From Cyanophora paradoxa CCMP329 (Eukaryota > Plantae > Glaucophyta), in the NCBI GenBank assembly GCA_004431415.1, contig QPMI01000413.1, positions 14,934-78,933 on the forward strand: a stretch of 64,000 nucleotides of DNA. The letters run 5' to 3'. The notes below the pieces were generated by a model. That model searched no databases, was not told where the DNA came from, and saw only the letters and a list, made by a program, of their open reading frames with translations. Shown one piece after another: positions 47,526 to 58,100 of the stretch. Position 1 is the stretch's first letter. Each line of letters opens with the position of its first letter. Position numbers and translations under genes: made by a program.

Positions 47526-49019
47526 ATGAAGACCGTTTTATGTCTGAGTGGTGGAGGGTCGCGTGGAATAATCGAGGCTGCTATACTGGCACAGATTGAA
47601 GCCCAAACCGGTAAACGAATCCAACAGCTATTCGACTGCTTTGCGGGAACATCCACAGGTGGATTAATCGCGCTCCTATTGAATATCAAGGGAACCGATG
47701 GCGCCCCTAAATATACTGCCACTGATATTCTGGCGCTCTACAAAGCGAAACTACCGCTGATTTTCGCGAATCCACGAGTGCTTACATCGATTGTGCAACG
47801 CCCCAAGTATGAAGCAACTAACTTAGAAGCTGTGGCTCTGGAACTCTGCGGCTCAGCGACCATGGCGGATCTCTACAAACCCACCATAGTAACTGCGTTC
47901 GACACGGTCTTAATGTCCCCCGTTTTTATTTCAAGCAACGATGAAGATATTAATGGGATGCTTGTGCGCGATGCTGCAAGGGCTACCTCGGCTGCTCCGA
48001 CCTATTTCGAGCCGAAACAAGTCACAGTCGCCGGAAGAACATATTGTTTAATCGATGGTTGCATGAGTGGAAATAATTCGCCCGGGGTTTGCGGCTACAC
48101 ATTTGCCCGCACTTTATTCGGAAACTCTTGCGAGGAGGAGCTTATCGTGGTCTCGATTACGGCGGGTCACGTCCAAGACGCCGATAAAGCAACCGCGGGA
48201 TATTCGTATGACACCATGAAAAATTGGGGGATCGTGCAATGGATGCTAAGCGCCACAGGATCGCCAATTCTCAGCATGTTCTTAGAGTCGAGCGATCTAA
48301 ACGCCCACGTAAAGCTACTGGAACTTTTACCCAGAAACGATGATCAGAATTACGATCGCTACTATAAGCTGAGCGTTCCTTTACCGAAAGATAAAATGAC
48401 CCTCGATACAATCACAACGACGCACCTGCAATATTTGGAAACGGAAGCGCTCGCCTTTGTTTCCGCACAGCAAACGTATTTTAATGCGATGTATTCAGTG
48501 CTGACGATGAATATCTCAGAGGGCGATGTTCCCATAATTAATCTGTCCGGGTGCACAGATGTAAGCGCACCCCCGGAGTCTAACTGGGTGCCGCTCGATA
48601 ATAGCGCCTTTATTGCGGAATTTGGCACAGCTTCTGATGCCCGCTGGTCAAATGCTACGGGGTGGGTGGGATTTACCAACCCGCCGCAAGGTAGTAGGTC
48701 GGGAGGCAATTATTTACGCATTGATTTTCCGCGTCTGTTTATGCTTTCCTCTATAAAAATGAAGCCGGCTGCAAATGGAAACTACATTAAAACGTTTGAG
48801 ATCGATTACCAATTAACTCCGGGAGTGTCGGCACTTGTCACATACACAGAAGCCGGCGCGACGAGAGTGTTTACAAATGCAAATCAAATAGCCGGAAGTG
48901 CTGATCCCGACGAACATTTCTTAGCAAACCCGAGATCTGTGAGAACCCTCGTAATCTGGGTGCTCTCGACGAACGTAGCTTCGGCATGCCGAATAGATTT
49001 CGAGGGCTACTACGTGTGA
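47526..49019 (+). CDS. Patatin-like phospholipase fused to an F5/8 type C (discoidin)-like domain
   Basis: LSGGGSRG, AGTSTGG (catalytic Ser), ATSAAPTYF and LIDGC (DGG variant). C-terminal YLRIDF...YIKTFEIDY...CRIDFEG. Confidence 0.85.
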   Translation: MKTVLCLSGGGSRGIIEAAILAQIEAQTGKRIQQLFDCFAGTSTGGLIALLLNIKGTDGAPKYTATDILALYKAKLPLIFANPRVLTSIVQRPKYEATNLEAVALELCGSATMADLYKPTIVTAFDTVLMSPVFISSNDEDINGMLVRDAARATSAAPTYFEPKQVTVAGRTYCLIDGCMSGNNSPGVCGYTFARTLFGNSCEEELIVVSITAGHVQDADKATAGYSYDTMKNWGIVQWMLSATGSPILSMFLESSDLNAHVKLLELLPRNDDQNYDRYYKLSVPLPKDKMTLDTITTTHLQYLETEALAFVSAQQTYFNAMYSVLTMNISEGDVPIINLSGCTDVSAPPESNWVPLDNSAFIAEFGTASDARWSNATGWVGFTNPPQGSRSGGNYLRIDFPRLFMLSSIKMKPAANGNYIKTFEIDYQLTPGVSALVTYTEAGATRVFTNANQIAGSADPDEHFLANPRSVRTLVIWVLSTNVASACRIDFEGYYV

Positions 49020-49026
49020 ACAGCGC

Positions 49027-49872
49027 TTAGTCGGTAATCACTTCCAGCTGGAACGAGAATGAGAGACCGTTTATATCCGCAACAGAGCCCCGCCATTTTC
49101 GAAGCGAAATTGTGAGACGATCTAAATCGAGTTGCGATGTGACATTTACGAAAGGGATGCTTGCGCTCGGTTCGTGGTAAAAGGAATATCTACCAAAGTC
49201 CGAGTTCATCTGAATTCGCAATAGATAGGAGTCGTCGAAATTGTTCTGTCTCCCAGTAACCGCTGCGAATTTGGTAAAAGGGCGGAGCTCTTCGATATCA
49301 AGGTAAATATATGGAATTGCATTAAAGTCGACCATTTTCGGGCATATAATCGCGTAGCGACTGGGGTAATCTCTGAGTGGAACCGGCACTGGTTCTGGTG
49401 TGCTGGTGTAAACCACTCCGGGTTCTATGCCGAGACAATCACAGAACTCCTGGTCTGAGGACTCTAATGTAAACGGGCTATTCGGAGAAGAGAACACGAA
49501 CCGGTTGGTAGACAGAGCGAGAGAATAGGAAACGGGGAAGAGACCGAGAGGATTAAAAGAACCGCCTGAAAAACCGAGTAAAGCATCACTGTTTAAAGCT
49601 CTCTCTTTTGGGTATCGTTCGTTATCAGCATCGACGTAATAATAATCGTTTACGCTGGGAATCGGTGCTATCATTTTGGATGCGGGGATTACTGTGGGCT
49701 CTTCGTTTAGAAGCGTTATAGTTATTGTCTGATCGGGCGGAACAACATAAGAGCTATTTGGAATCTCAGCGGATAGCACACGAAATCGTCGAACATTATT
49801 AAGGCGCGTTTTCAAATGCAGCACGCCGTTTTCAAGGTCTCTACTGTCGCAATTTATTGTTATTCTTTTCAT
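49027..49872 (-). CDS. Minor capsid (penton-like) protein 1, element B
   Basis: CDSRD...VLSAEIPNSSY...LDRLTISLRKWRGSVADINGLSFSFQLEV. Confidence 0.75.
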   Translation of the reverse strand: MKRITINCDSRDLENGVLHLKTRLNNVRRFRVLSAEIPNSSYVVPPDQTITITLLNEEPTVIPASKMIAPIPSVNDYYYVDADNERYPKERALNSDALLGFSGGSFNPLGLFPVSYSLALSTNRFVFSSPNSPFTLESSDQEFCDCLGIEPGVVYTSTPEPVPVPLRDYPSRYAIICPKMVDFNAIPYIYLDIEELRPFTKFAAVTGRQNNFDDSYLLRIQMNSDFGRYSFYHEPSASIPFVNVTSQLDLDRLTISLRKWRGSVADINGLSFSFQLEVITD

Positions 49873-49888
49873 AATCTATTATAGTAAG

Positions 49889-50815
49889 ATGAAAGAATAC
49901 CTGAGCTTTTCGAGCGATGATCGGGATGAGGAGTTTACTCAGCCAAACCAGTATGTAGTGACATTACCCCGTCGCTATGACAACGTAAAATCGGTGCGCC
50001 TGGTGCAGGCAACGGTTCCCAATGTTCTTTCGACTGTGACGAACGATATCGATGCCACTGGTGCAACCATCGAGCGCATGGAACTCTATTTCTCGGTCAC
50101 AGCTTCGGATTCCGGATTCGTGACCATCACAATCCCCAAAGGATTTTACACCAAGGACGACCTTGCCGCAAAAGTCACAGAAAGACTCGAAGCAGCTCGC
50201 CTTTCAGACTTCGGTGGAAAATATATTAAATGCCGCTATAATACTACTTCAAAGATCTATGAGTTTTTCAGTGATAGTAACTTTTGGTTCAAGTTCTCTC
50301 AGGCTTCCGAAGCCACACTCAGAAAATCCAGTAACCGCAAAGCAATCGCTAAGAAACTCGCAATATTCGGTTTCAAAGAAATTCAACTATATGTTTACGA
50401 GACATTTACCCCTTTTGCAAGCGATACATTCCTTGTATTCAATCCTGGGACGGGAACTGTGACACTCAATCGGCGCATTCGCGGCTATACTCGTGGAGAT
50501 GAGACCCCGGCGGCGATGATCTGGCTATATATTGACGAATTTGCGCCGTTTATTCGCTCAGTCAACAAGCACGTCGATGGTTATTTCATGCGCATTCCAA
50601 TCCCACAGGAACTCGAACATGGTGATATCTACCACTTTGACACGTCCACTACGGTGCCTCTCATTCGAGAATTCCGCGAATTAAAATCGTTCGACCGCTT
50701 GACGATTAAACTCATCGACCATGATGGCGCTCTCTTAGATTTCGGGGTTTGGGCGCATTATTTCACTTTTGAGATCGAAACCTACGACGCACCGCCCGAA
50801 ATGAATTTCTACTAA
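49889..50815 (+). CDS. Minor capsid (penton-like) protein 2, element B
   Basis: SSDDRD...LPRRYDNVKSVRLVQATVPN...ITIPKGFYT...FDRLTIKLIDHDGALLDF...FTFEIE. Confidence 0.78.
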   Translation: MKEYLSFSSDDRDEEFTQPNQYVVTLPRRYDNVKSVRLVQATVPNVLSTVTNDIDATGATIERMELYFSVTASDSGFVTITIPKGFYTKDDLAAKVTERLEAARLSDFGGKYIKCRYNTTSKIYEFFSDSNFWFKFSQASEATLRKSSNRKAIAKKLAIFGFKEIQLYVYETFTPFASDTFLVFNPGTGTVTLNRRIRGYTRGDETPAAMIWLYIDEFAPFIRSVNKHVDGYFMRIPIPQELEHGDIYHFDTSTTVPLIREFRELKSFDRLTIKLIDHDGALLDFGVWAHYFTFEIETYDAPPEMNFY

Positions 50816-50862
50816 GCCCTTTAAATTATTTTCTGATCCCAAAGATAAGAGAAGAAACGCTC

Positions 50863-52176
50863 ATGGAGACTAACAGCCAATTCCAGCGCCCAACGCTGAA
50901 ATCTATGCTCACCACCGATGACTACAAGGATTATTTCCTAAACAAGTCGCTGGTCATTGGAACGTCCTCTGGCACTAAGCCACTTCGAGTTCTGGTCGCC
51001 CCCGACACTGAGCCACCCAGCGCTCTCGGCAACCGAGTTGTCTTCAAAATCCCCCGCTACCATTTCCTGAATGGTCTCGCGCTGCAACTCGATCTTAACC
51101 CAATCACCCTCACTGATCTTACGAATGGGGTTGCTGCAACCACTGGCTACCTTCGCGTTATTGGATCGCTGATTAAGCGCATCGAAATCTCTCACGCTTC
51201 ATTCCGCTACGTTGTCCCAGAGGATTTCGTCACTCAGTATTTTCTACTGATGACCGAACAGGGCGAACTCGATAAGAAACTTCGCTATGTGGGTGGTCTT
51301 GTCGGAACCGCTGGTAACACTGTCGGTGGAACCTACGAAATCGATTTACCCTCTCCTTTCGAGAAGGCGATGTTCCCACTTTGCGCTCTGAACTCTGAGA
51401 TCGTGGTCGAAATCGAATTCAAGGCGATTGGTGATGGTATCATTGAGGATGTAAACAATGTTGGCAATATTTCGGTCGTAAACAGTGGTGCTTCCCTTCA
51501 AGTGCTGAAACCCCGCATTATCTGCAAGGTCGTAAATGCCGATGAGGCGGTTGTATCTGAGACCATTGCCCGTGTTAAATCGACTGGCATCGCGATCCCC
51601 TACAACGAAATCGGTTTCCTACACACAGATTTCCAGCCGACCGCCTCCGGTTCGCGAGTCAATCTCTCGCAACTCACAGGTGCGGGTCTCATCCACACTC
51701 TCGTATTCTCTGTGCGCCAAAACGCGAAGACGAAGGTTAACAACGGAACTCTCTCGGTTCTGGCTCCTCGTGCACTCAGAACCAACGCCGTAAGCTTCTA
51801 TGTGGAACTCAACAATAACCGCCTTTACTCCAATACTTCGCTTCCTCTCATGATTGCCGCGACCGAACTTCAAGATAAATATGATGCGGCGATTTTCACC
51901 GAGAGCACAAGCTACCCGGCTCTCTCTGGCATTTACTTCGGTGCTGGAAACGGAAAGGCGTCGCTTCTCAACCAAGAGAACACGGGCTACATCGATGCCA
52001 CAGGCACATCGGCGTTCGATCTGGTCTTCGAATTCAACGGTGTCACAGCCGGAGGAGTCGGTAATGAGGAGTGGTATGCGAGTGCCGCTTATCAGAAGAT
52101 GCAAATTCAGTGCATTGCCCTCGCTCATAACATAATGATAATTGGTGCCGACGGAATCAGGCGTGTAAGTAGCTAA
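50863..52176 (+). CDS. Major capsid protein (double jelly-roll), element B
   Basis: 437 aa, beta-rich. VVFKIPR, SLIKRIEIS and FPLCAL..EIVVEIEF are MCP-like motifs. Located between pentons and ATPase. Confidence 0.82.
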   Translation: METNSQFQRPTLKSMLTTDDYKDYFLNKSLVIGTSSGTKPLRVLVAPDTEPPSALGNRVVFKIPRYHFLNGLALQLDLNPITLTDLTNGVAATTGYLRVIGSLIKRIEISHASFRYVVPEDFVTQYFLLMTEQGELDKKLRYVGGLVGTAGNTVGGTYEIDLPSPFEKAMFPLCALNSEIVVEIEFKAIGDGIIEDVNNVGNISVVNSGASLQVLKPRIICKVVNADEAVVSETIARVKSTGIAIPYNEIGFLHTDFQPTASGSRVNLSQLTGAGLIHTLVFSVRQNAKTKVNNGTLSVLAPRALRTNAVSFYVELNNNRLYSNTSLPLMIAATELQDKYDAAIFTESTSYPALSGIYFGAGNGKASLLNQENTGYIDATGTSAFDLVFEFNGVTAGGVGNEEWYASAAYQKMQIQCIALAHNIMIIGADGIRRVSS

Positions 52177-52234
52177 GGAATTCGTGCGATTACCACATTC
52201 AGTCTTATTTTTCTATTGTTTTTATAGTGAAAGA

Positions 52235-53101
52235 ATGCAAAAAGGGACGACGCCCATAGATCTTGAAGAATGGAACCCGAAACAGAGGGTGAAACTTCCC
52301 GCACGATTTCTCCTATTGGCGAAAACCAATTGTGGTAAATCGGTATTCTTAAAGTGGCTGATCAAAGAACTCGAAGACCAGATCTCGTATGTTCTGGTTT
52401 TCTGTCCTACGAGTTTTAACGGTTTCTGGGGACAAATTACAGACGAAGTGCATGATACCTGGAAACCGGAATATGTGGAGTCGATCATAGAAGCCCGCAA
52501 GAAGGCTATCATTGCGGGTAAGAAACCAAAGAATATTCTCATCGTGCTCGACGATTGTTTGGAGTCCGGAACTATCGATCTTTCGCGCGATCATTTGCTA
52601 AATAAATTGATGGCGCAAGGTCGTCATACTTTTTGTTCCGTGGCTTTAATATCGCAGAAACTAACAAAGCTTTCAACGATCATTCGCAGCAATGCGGAGT
52701 ATATCATATTCCTAAGCTGGTCAAACATGCGAGAGTTTGAAGCATATCACGAGGAATTCGGGAACATGGATAAAGAGAGTTTCAAGCGCATGTTCCAAGA
52801 ATTCTGTCATAGCTACCAAGCGATCATTCACGATAATACCGGGTATTCTGTGCGATGGTGGGTCGAAAAAGCCGATATGATCGATGACCACCCGTTTACT
52901 AAATTCCACAAGCGGGCGGCTTTTGAAGAAAAGAAGCGCAAACAGCAAGAGGAGCAAGCGACAAAACCGCCGCCTGTCAAAGATTCGACAACTGTCTGTA
53001 AAACTTTATCCAAATTTGAGCGTGAGCTTGAAGGTATCCCCAAACTTTCCCAAATTTCGCCGAAGAAAAAGAAAATGTTAATCAAGTGTAAGAAAAGATA
53101 A
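52235..53101 (+). CDS. A32-like genome-packaging ATPase, element B
   Basis: ATG at 52235. Walker A AKTNCGKS, Walker B IVLDD, QGRH...ISQ and IRSNAEY. Confidence 0.9.
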   Translation: MQKGTTPIDLEEWNPKQRVKLPARFLLLAKTNCGKSVFLKWLIKELEDQISYVLVFCPTSFNGFWGQITDEVHDTWKPEYVESIIEARKKAIIAGKKPKNILIVLDDCLESGTIDLSRDHLLNKLMAQGRHTFCSVALISQKLTKLSTIIRSNAEYIIFLSWSNMREFEAYHEEFGNMDKESFKRMFQEFCHSYQAIIHDNTGYSVRWWVEKADMIDDHPFTKFHKRAAFEEKKRKQQEEQATKPPPVKDSTTVCKTLSKFERELEGIPKLSQISPKKKKMLIKCKKR

Positions 53102-53103
53102 TC

Positions 53104-53787
53104 ATGGTCTACCGAAAGAAGCCTCAAACCATTCAAACGGTCGCTTCTGGTAATCCTAATCGCGGACTTGAAGAGTCTGGATTAACGTCGGGTGGCGGTC
53201 TCGAAATGCCCGAATATCTTATAGACACTTCGCCAGAGGAGGTCGCCAAGCAAGAGGCGATTATTGCGAGTGCCACCGCGGACAAGGGAAACCAAGATAG
53301 CGGTAAACGCCAAATGGACGATTTAGCTACTGTAAAACCACAGATTGGAGGCGGCTCTGTTGATGAAGCAACCGACAAAGTAATTAAAGCGCAAGTTGTC
53401 GCAAGCCAGCACAAAACGCAAGACGTCCCGAAAGCCGCCGAAACTGAGCTCAAAAAGCGCGGATCCTATCAAAAACACACGGTTCCTGTCGACGTTGTCA
53501 TGAGCTTCGAAGAGAAAGTGCGAGACCTTGAAATGAAAGTCTCTAACTACGAGAAATGGATGCAAGATTATAACGAACGCAAGAAATTAAAGGGTCTCGT
53601 AAAGAAAGAGATCTCCAAACTCGGATTAAAGCAAAAGGTCGACGTAGAGGAGATTAAAAAGGAGGAAAAGACAGATGCGCAAGCCATAACGCGTCAGCAA
53701 TCGGTTGCCCCGCAATATGCACATATAGTGCCGACAGCACCAGCGAATTTCGCGGCAATGCTCGGTGGTAAACGCCATATCCGCTAA
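53104..53787 (+). CDS. Conserved PLV hypothetical coiled-coil protein
   Basis: Homolog of 35959-36692 in the same position. Confidence 0.7.
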   Translation: MVYRKKPQTIQTVASGNPNRGLEESGLTSGGGLEMPEYLIDTSPEEVAKQEAIIASATADKGNQDSGKRQMDDLATVKPQIGGGSVDEATDKVIKAQVVASQHKTQDVPKAAETELKKRGSYQKHTVPVDVVMSFEEKVRDLEMKVSNYEKWMQDYNERKKLKGLVKKEISKLGLKQKVDVEEIKKEEKTDAQAITRQQSVAPQYAHIVPTAPANFAAMLGGKRHIR

Positions 53788-53991
53788 TGACTGTGAATAT
53801 CCGCAAGGCAAAGCTGAACCCGCCCGTATTTAGAGCGTGTCTTAATGTGAATGCCCTTGCAAAACGGGCATGTCGGTTCTGTAAACAGCATTATAAGGTC
53901 GACCAACTCATAAGGAAACACACGAGCAAGCAATAGCCTCATTCCCTTTTATTTTCTCCGATATTTAATACGTTGCCCAATTGTAGGGTCG

Positions 53992-54426
53992 ATGAATTTC
54001 ATCACACAATGCATCGAAATGTTTCATTTGCATTTCACAAGCACGTGCCACAACTCCTGTTGCGACACAACCGTAGAGGTTGATATTACCGATGAAGACC
54101 ATGGAGGTAGGCGCCTTTCTGTATATTCTAACCATAGCGACAATCACAACCACCCACGATCTCGATCACCCTCGCCTGTGACCGCGGCTATGAGTTCCAA
54201 TATCGAAACCGCTCAGATAGAGGACGTGCATGTAGAGCATATTAGAAGGCGATCATGTCCTGAGTTTGTAGAAGGTCATTTGCGCGCTGACTCCCCTTAT
54301 CCGATGTATAGATTGGATCAAATGGCATTAGGCGACGATGAAAATGTAACGAACCCTTATGTTTATCCTCAGCAACCTTATGTATATCCTCAGCAACAAG
54401 AACAAACCGCCTGGAACGGTTATTGA
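53992..54426 (+). CDS. Small conserved Cys/His protein
   Basis: N-terminal 30 aa closely match 36720-36968. Confidence 0.75.
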   Translation: MNFITQCIEMFHLHFTSTCHNSCCDTTVEVDITDEDHGGRRLSVYSNHSDNHNHPRSRSPSPVTAAMSSNIETAQIEDVHVEHIRRRSCPEFVEGHLRADSPYPMYRLDQMALGDDENVTNPYVYPQQPYVYPQQQEQTAWNGY

Positions 54427-54550
54427 GCGGTGAATTTCGGTGGCGCTTGTATCGAGCCAAGGGCAAAAATTGAAGGTTTCGGTAAAAGGTATATAAGGGC
54501 AAGGGAAATAATACAGAGTGACAAAAAACTATTTTCTCCGGTTATAGTAA

Positions 54551-54964
54551 ATGGCGAAACCCAAGATTTCAAACCAAGAGGCGATGGCGGCACAGCAGGA
54601 AAAGCGCAGACCCGGGCGACCGAAAAAGGTGATCACAGAAGAGGAGAAGGCGGAGAGATTAAGATTAAAACGCGAAAAAGACGCCGAGCGGCAGCGAAAC
54701 AAGCATCAGAGACAAAAGCAAGAGCGATTAGCCGCCGGAGAGGCTACTATATTCACACCGGAACAGCTACAAAAGATCGCAATTCGTAAACAGCAGCGAT
54801 ACCAAGACGATGAAGAGTATCGGGAGAAAATCCGAGAGAAGGCACGTGAATACCAACGAAGGAAAAGAGCGGAACGCAAGCTGAACCCACCCGCTAAACC
54901 TCAGCCACAAAAGCCCGCTGGGAGACCCCGAAAGCATGTGGTCGAGAACGCGAAAAATCCGTAG
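54551..54964 (+). CDS. Basic protein with two AT-hook-like motifs
   Basis: RRPGRPKK and AGRPRK. YQDDEEYREK is shared with 37171-37446. Confidence 0.7.
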   Translation: MAKPKISNQEAMAAQQEKRRPGRPKKVITEEEKAERLRLKREKDAERQRNKHQRQKQERLAAGEATIFTPEQLQKIAIRKQQRYQDDEEYREKIREKAREYQRRKRAERKLNPPAKPQPQKPAGRPRKHVVENAKNP

Positions 54965-55133
54965 CGGAAAGTATCCGTACGATGCAAAAAATGATTAATT
55001 TTTTACCTCCCTTTTTATTCCCCGTATAGGTCAAAAAAGCACTTAAAGAATTGGCGACAAGGGTATGAAAAGGAGAATTTGGTAGATTGCGCCGAAATTA
55101 TTTTCTCCGGTTATTTTAAAAGAACTAATAGAG

Positions 55134-58100
55134 ATGCCGCGCGCAACCAACAGAATCGCTAACAATGTTCGGGATGAAATTATCGGATACATTATGCAGG
55201 GATTGAGTCAGGATTTGCTAACCGAAGAACAGGCGCATTGGGCGATGCACAACACAATGAATCGGAAGCCCAAGCTCCAAACGCTGATCGACATTCGGAT
55301 ACTCTGAATGGCATCATTAATCCCCGCGTTTTCCGCAGGGCAGAGCGGAAAGAAAAACGCGCCGCTCGCACCCAAGTTAATATAGAAAAGCAAAAGCAAA
55401 AAGAACAAGAGGCGAAGCGTTTACAGCGCTTCGATCGCAAACAAGAACAGAAACGGGCGAAAGAAGCGAAACTCGAAGCGAAGCAGCAGAGAGGTAAACT
55501 AAAAGCGGTAGAGGATGCGATTAAACGCACTATTCTCGATCCAATCGCCGCATACGATCCGGAAACTCTCGCAACAATTACGTTCAAGCTATGGGCGCCC
55601 GGATCCGGTGCTCGGTCGTCGGAGGTAATTGTTATTCCCGGAATTCCCGGAACATATATAAAAGACAAAACCTTTGTCACCTACCAGAATATAAGAGAGA
55701 CAGTTTCGGTGAGGGTGTTGCGAAACTTTGCTCTGGCAAAAATCGATAGAGTGTATGGAATTCTCACCGCTCAAAATCGTTATTATTCGGAAGAGAGAGA
55801 TTCAATCTTCGATTTACTCGAAAACTACGATGAATTGAAGATTGGTCTGGGAACTTTCGGACAAGCATACGAGGTATTCTTCTTTAAGACACCACCAACC
55901 GAGGAACAGAAAAAACTACGCAAAGGTTTCGATGATTTTGGCGGCAGTGTCGATGATGCCTTTATAACTGTTCATGAGGTCGTGATCAATGGGGGCGAAG
56001 GTGTCGAAGATGACGGAGCCGGTGCTATCCCTGGAAATCGCTATGAGTTCCTGGATGAGGAGTTAATGGACAGCATGCGATGCACCGCGATTATGAGCAA
56101 ATTCACAGACTATACATTAAATCCAAACGCGTCTGAGTTCGAAGATGTTATTGAGCTCCCCAAATCATCGACATCTAACGCTTGCGGCTATGATATGATC
56201 ATCTCCACATGGGGAGCGTCCATTAAGAAGTGTCAGGAGGCGCCAAAACCGCGATATAATGACTTAACTATGTCGTACGACGGTCTCTATAAATTCTTTC
56301 ACGGTCGTGAACGCACACCTGACGACTCTCTGGCTCTCACGCTCCGCCATATCGAGAAATTCTGTAAGAGAATTCAGACAGGCTTCCGCGTCTTTGATGT
56401 CGACGGAAAGTTAGTATACAAATTCGCGGCGGAATCAATTAACAGAAACATCAATCCCCGCAATATTCACTTTATGATTCACAACAAGCACATTTACATT
56501 TTCAATGATAACATAAGGTCGCTCGAAATGCGCATGGCAAAGATGGAGGTCGAAGAGCTCGATAATCATGTTCCTAAGTCGACCTCTTCGTTAGCACTCT
56601 ATAAAATTCCGACGTGTCTTACTCACGATATCTTCGCGCACACATCCAAGGATTTGTTAAAGATCACGCAACTAAAACTATCGCCCGACGAGCGCAGTTT
56701 CATCCGCATTCTGTATACTGGGCGCGAAGGTCTGGAAGGTCTTCTATTTACGTTCCTGAAAATGCGATATGAGCCCGCTGTGAAGCTAACACCATCGAAA
56801 CAGATCGACAGCATCACATTCAAAGCTAATGGCTCGATGTTCTCTATCAAAGATCCACGCACAACCGACCACTTTATTGAGCAAGATTTCGAAACAGAGG
56901 AGTATTATAATAAGGTCTGTGAAATCGGGAAGGGATTCCGGGAGTCGCTTCTAAATGCGACGAATATCTCACATTACAGCCCGAACATGCGCGAAATTCT
57001 CACGCACTACAAGCGATCCGCACTGAGCGGCTTTTTCTATAAGCCGAACCCGAAAGCTACCTACACAGCTGTCGATATGGCGAAGTGCTACCCTTCGATA
57101 CTGAAAGGCATGCAATATCTTCCGAAATACAATGTATTCGATGACTTCGTTCCCTTTAAAGCGGGAAGCGATATTCTCGAATACGCGATCTACTACGTGC
57201 GTGTCGTTGCGTTTGAGAGAGAGCAAGCAACTTTCGCAGACGACGAGGATATTGATTATGATGCCGCCATGTCTCGCAAGATTGATGGAATCGAAATTAT
57301 ACTGGATCGCGCATTTTCCGTGAGTGGTCGCTGTTATAATTTCATGACAGGCTACACTCTCTCCATGCATTGGGCGGACGTAAAGGACAAGATAGAGATT
57401 ATCGCGGTCGCGGAGCCTTCGCATTTGGTGCCCAATACGTCGATCGCTGAGATGCAAAAAGTGCTGTCAAGCGACATTCAAACCACAGATAAGAAGCACA
57501 TTTTAGTGAAAGAGATCGGAATGCTCGGCAAATTCCAAGACTCGCAAACATCCACGAAAATGTTCTACAACCGTGCCGAGGCTGAGAGGTTCGCCCAAGA
57601 ATGCGGAGGAACAGTAGAGGTGTTTACTTTCAATCCTAAGAATTCGAAACGTGTCAAAACTCTTAGCGAATTCGAAGGTCACATCTATTTCGTTAAGATC
57701 AGCTCCCACCGCGAGCTCGTTAACGGATTCCTTCCTATCCACTTTCATATTTACGATCGTAACCGTGCCAATATGTTTGCGCAATACAAGCGCCTGACAG
57801 CGCGCGGGCACAAGGTTGCCGGGATCAGAACGGATTGCCTATATATCGAAGGTTCATGGACAAGTAAGAAAGAGTTCGACCGAAATGCGTTTGAGAACAT
57901 GGGCAAATTCAGCTATATTCCCGGGAAAAGATGCCCTGAGAATGCACTCCGCCCACCACGAGGTGTAACTCTCGAATTTCAGGATCCCGAGACACTCATT
58001 AACCGGTTCTCGCTGAGGGACGAATTTAATCCGGAGTGCTTTAATTGGGTTGCGAAGCTCCATAATCGTATGCTTGTCCTTGCTGACATGCCCGGAAGTG

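Noticed and set aside
47483-47722. N-terminal 80 aa of the 1201 aa ORF
   Set aside because: Overlaps the patatin gene on the opposite strand. The ATG at 47482 after an AT-rich spacer is the plausible start.
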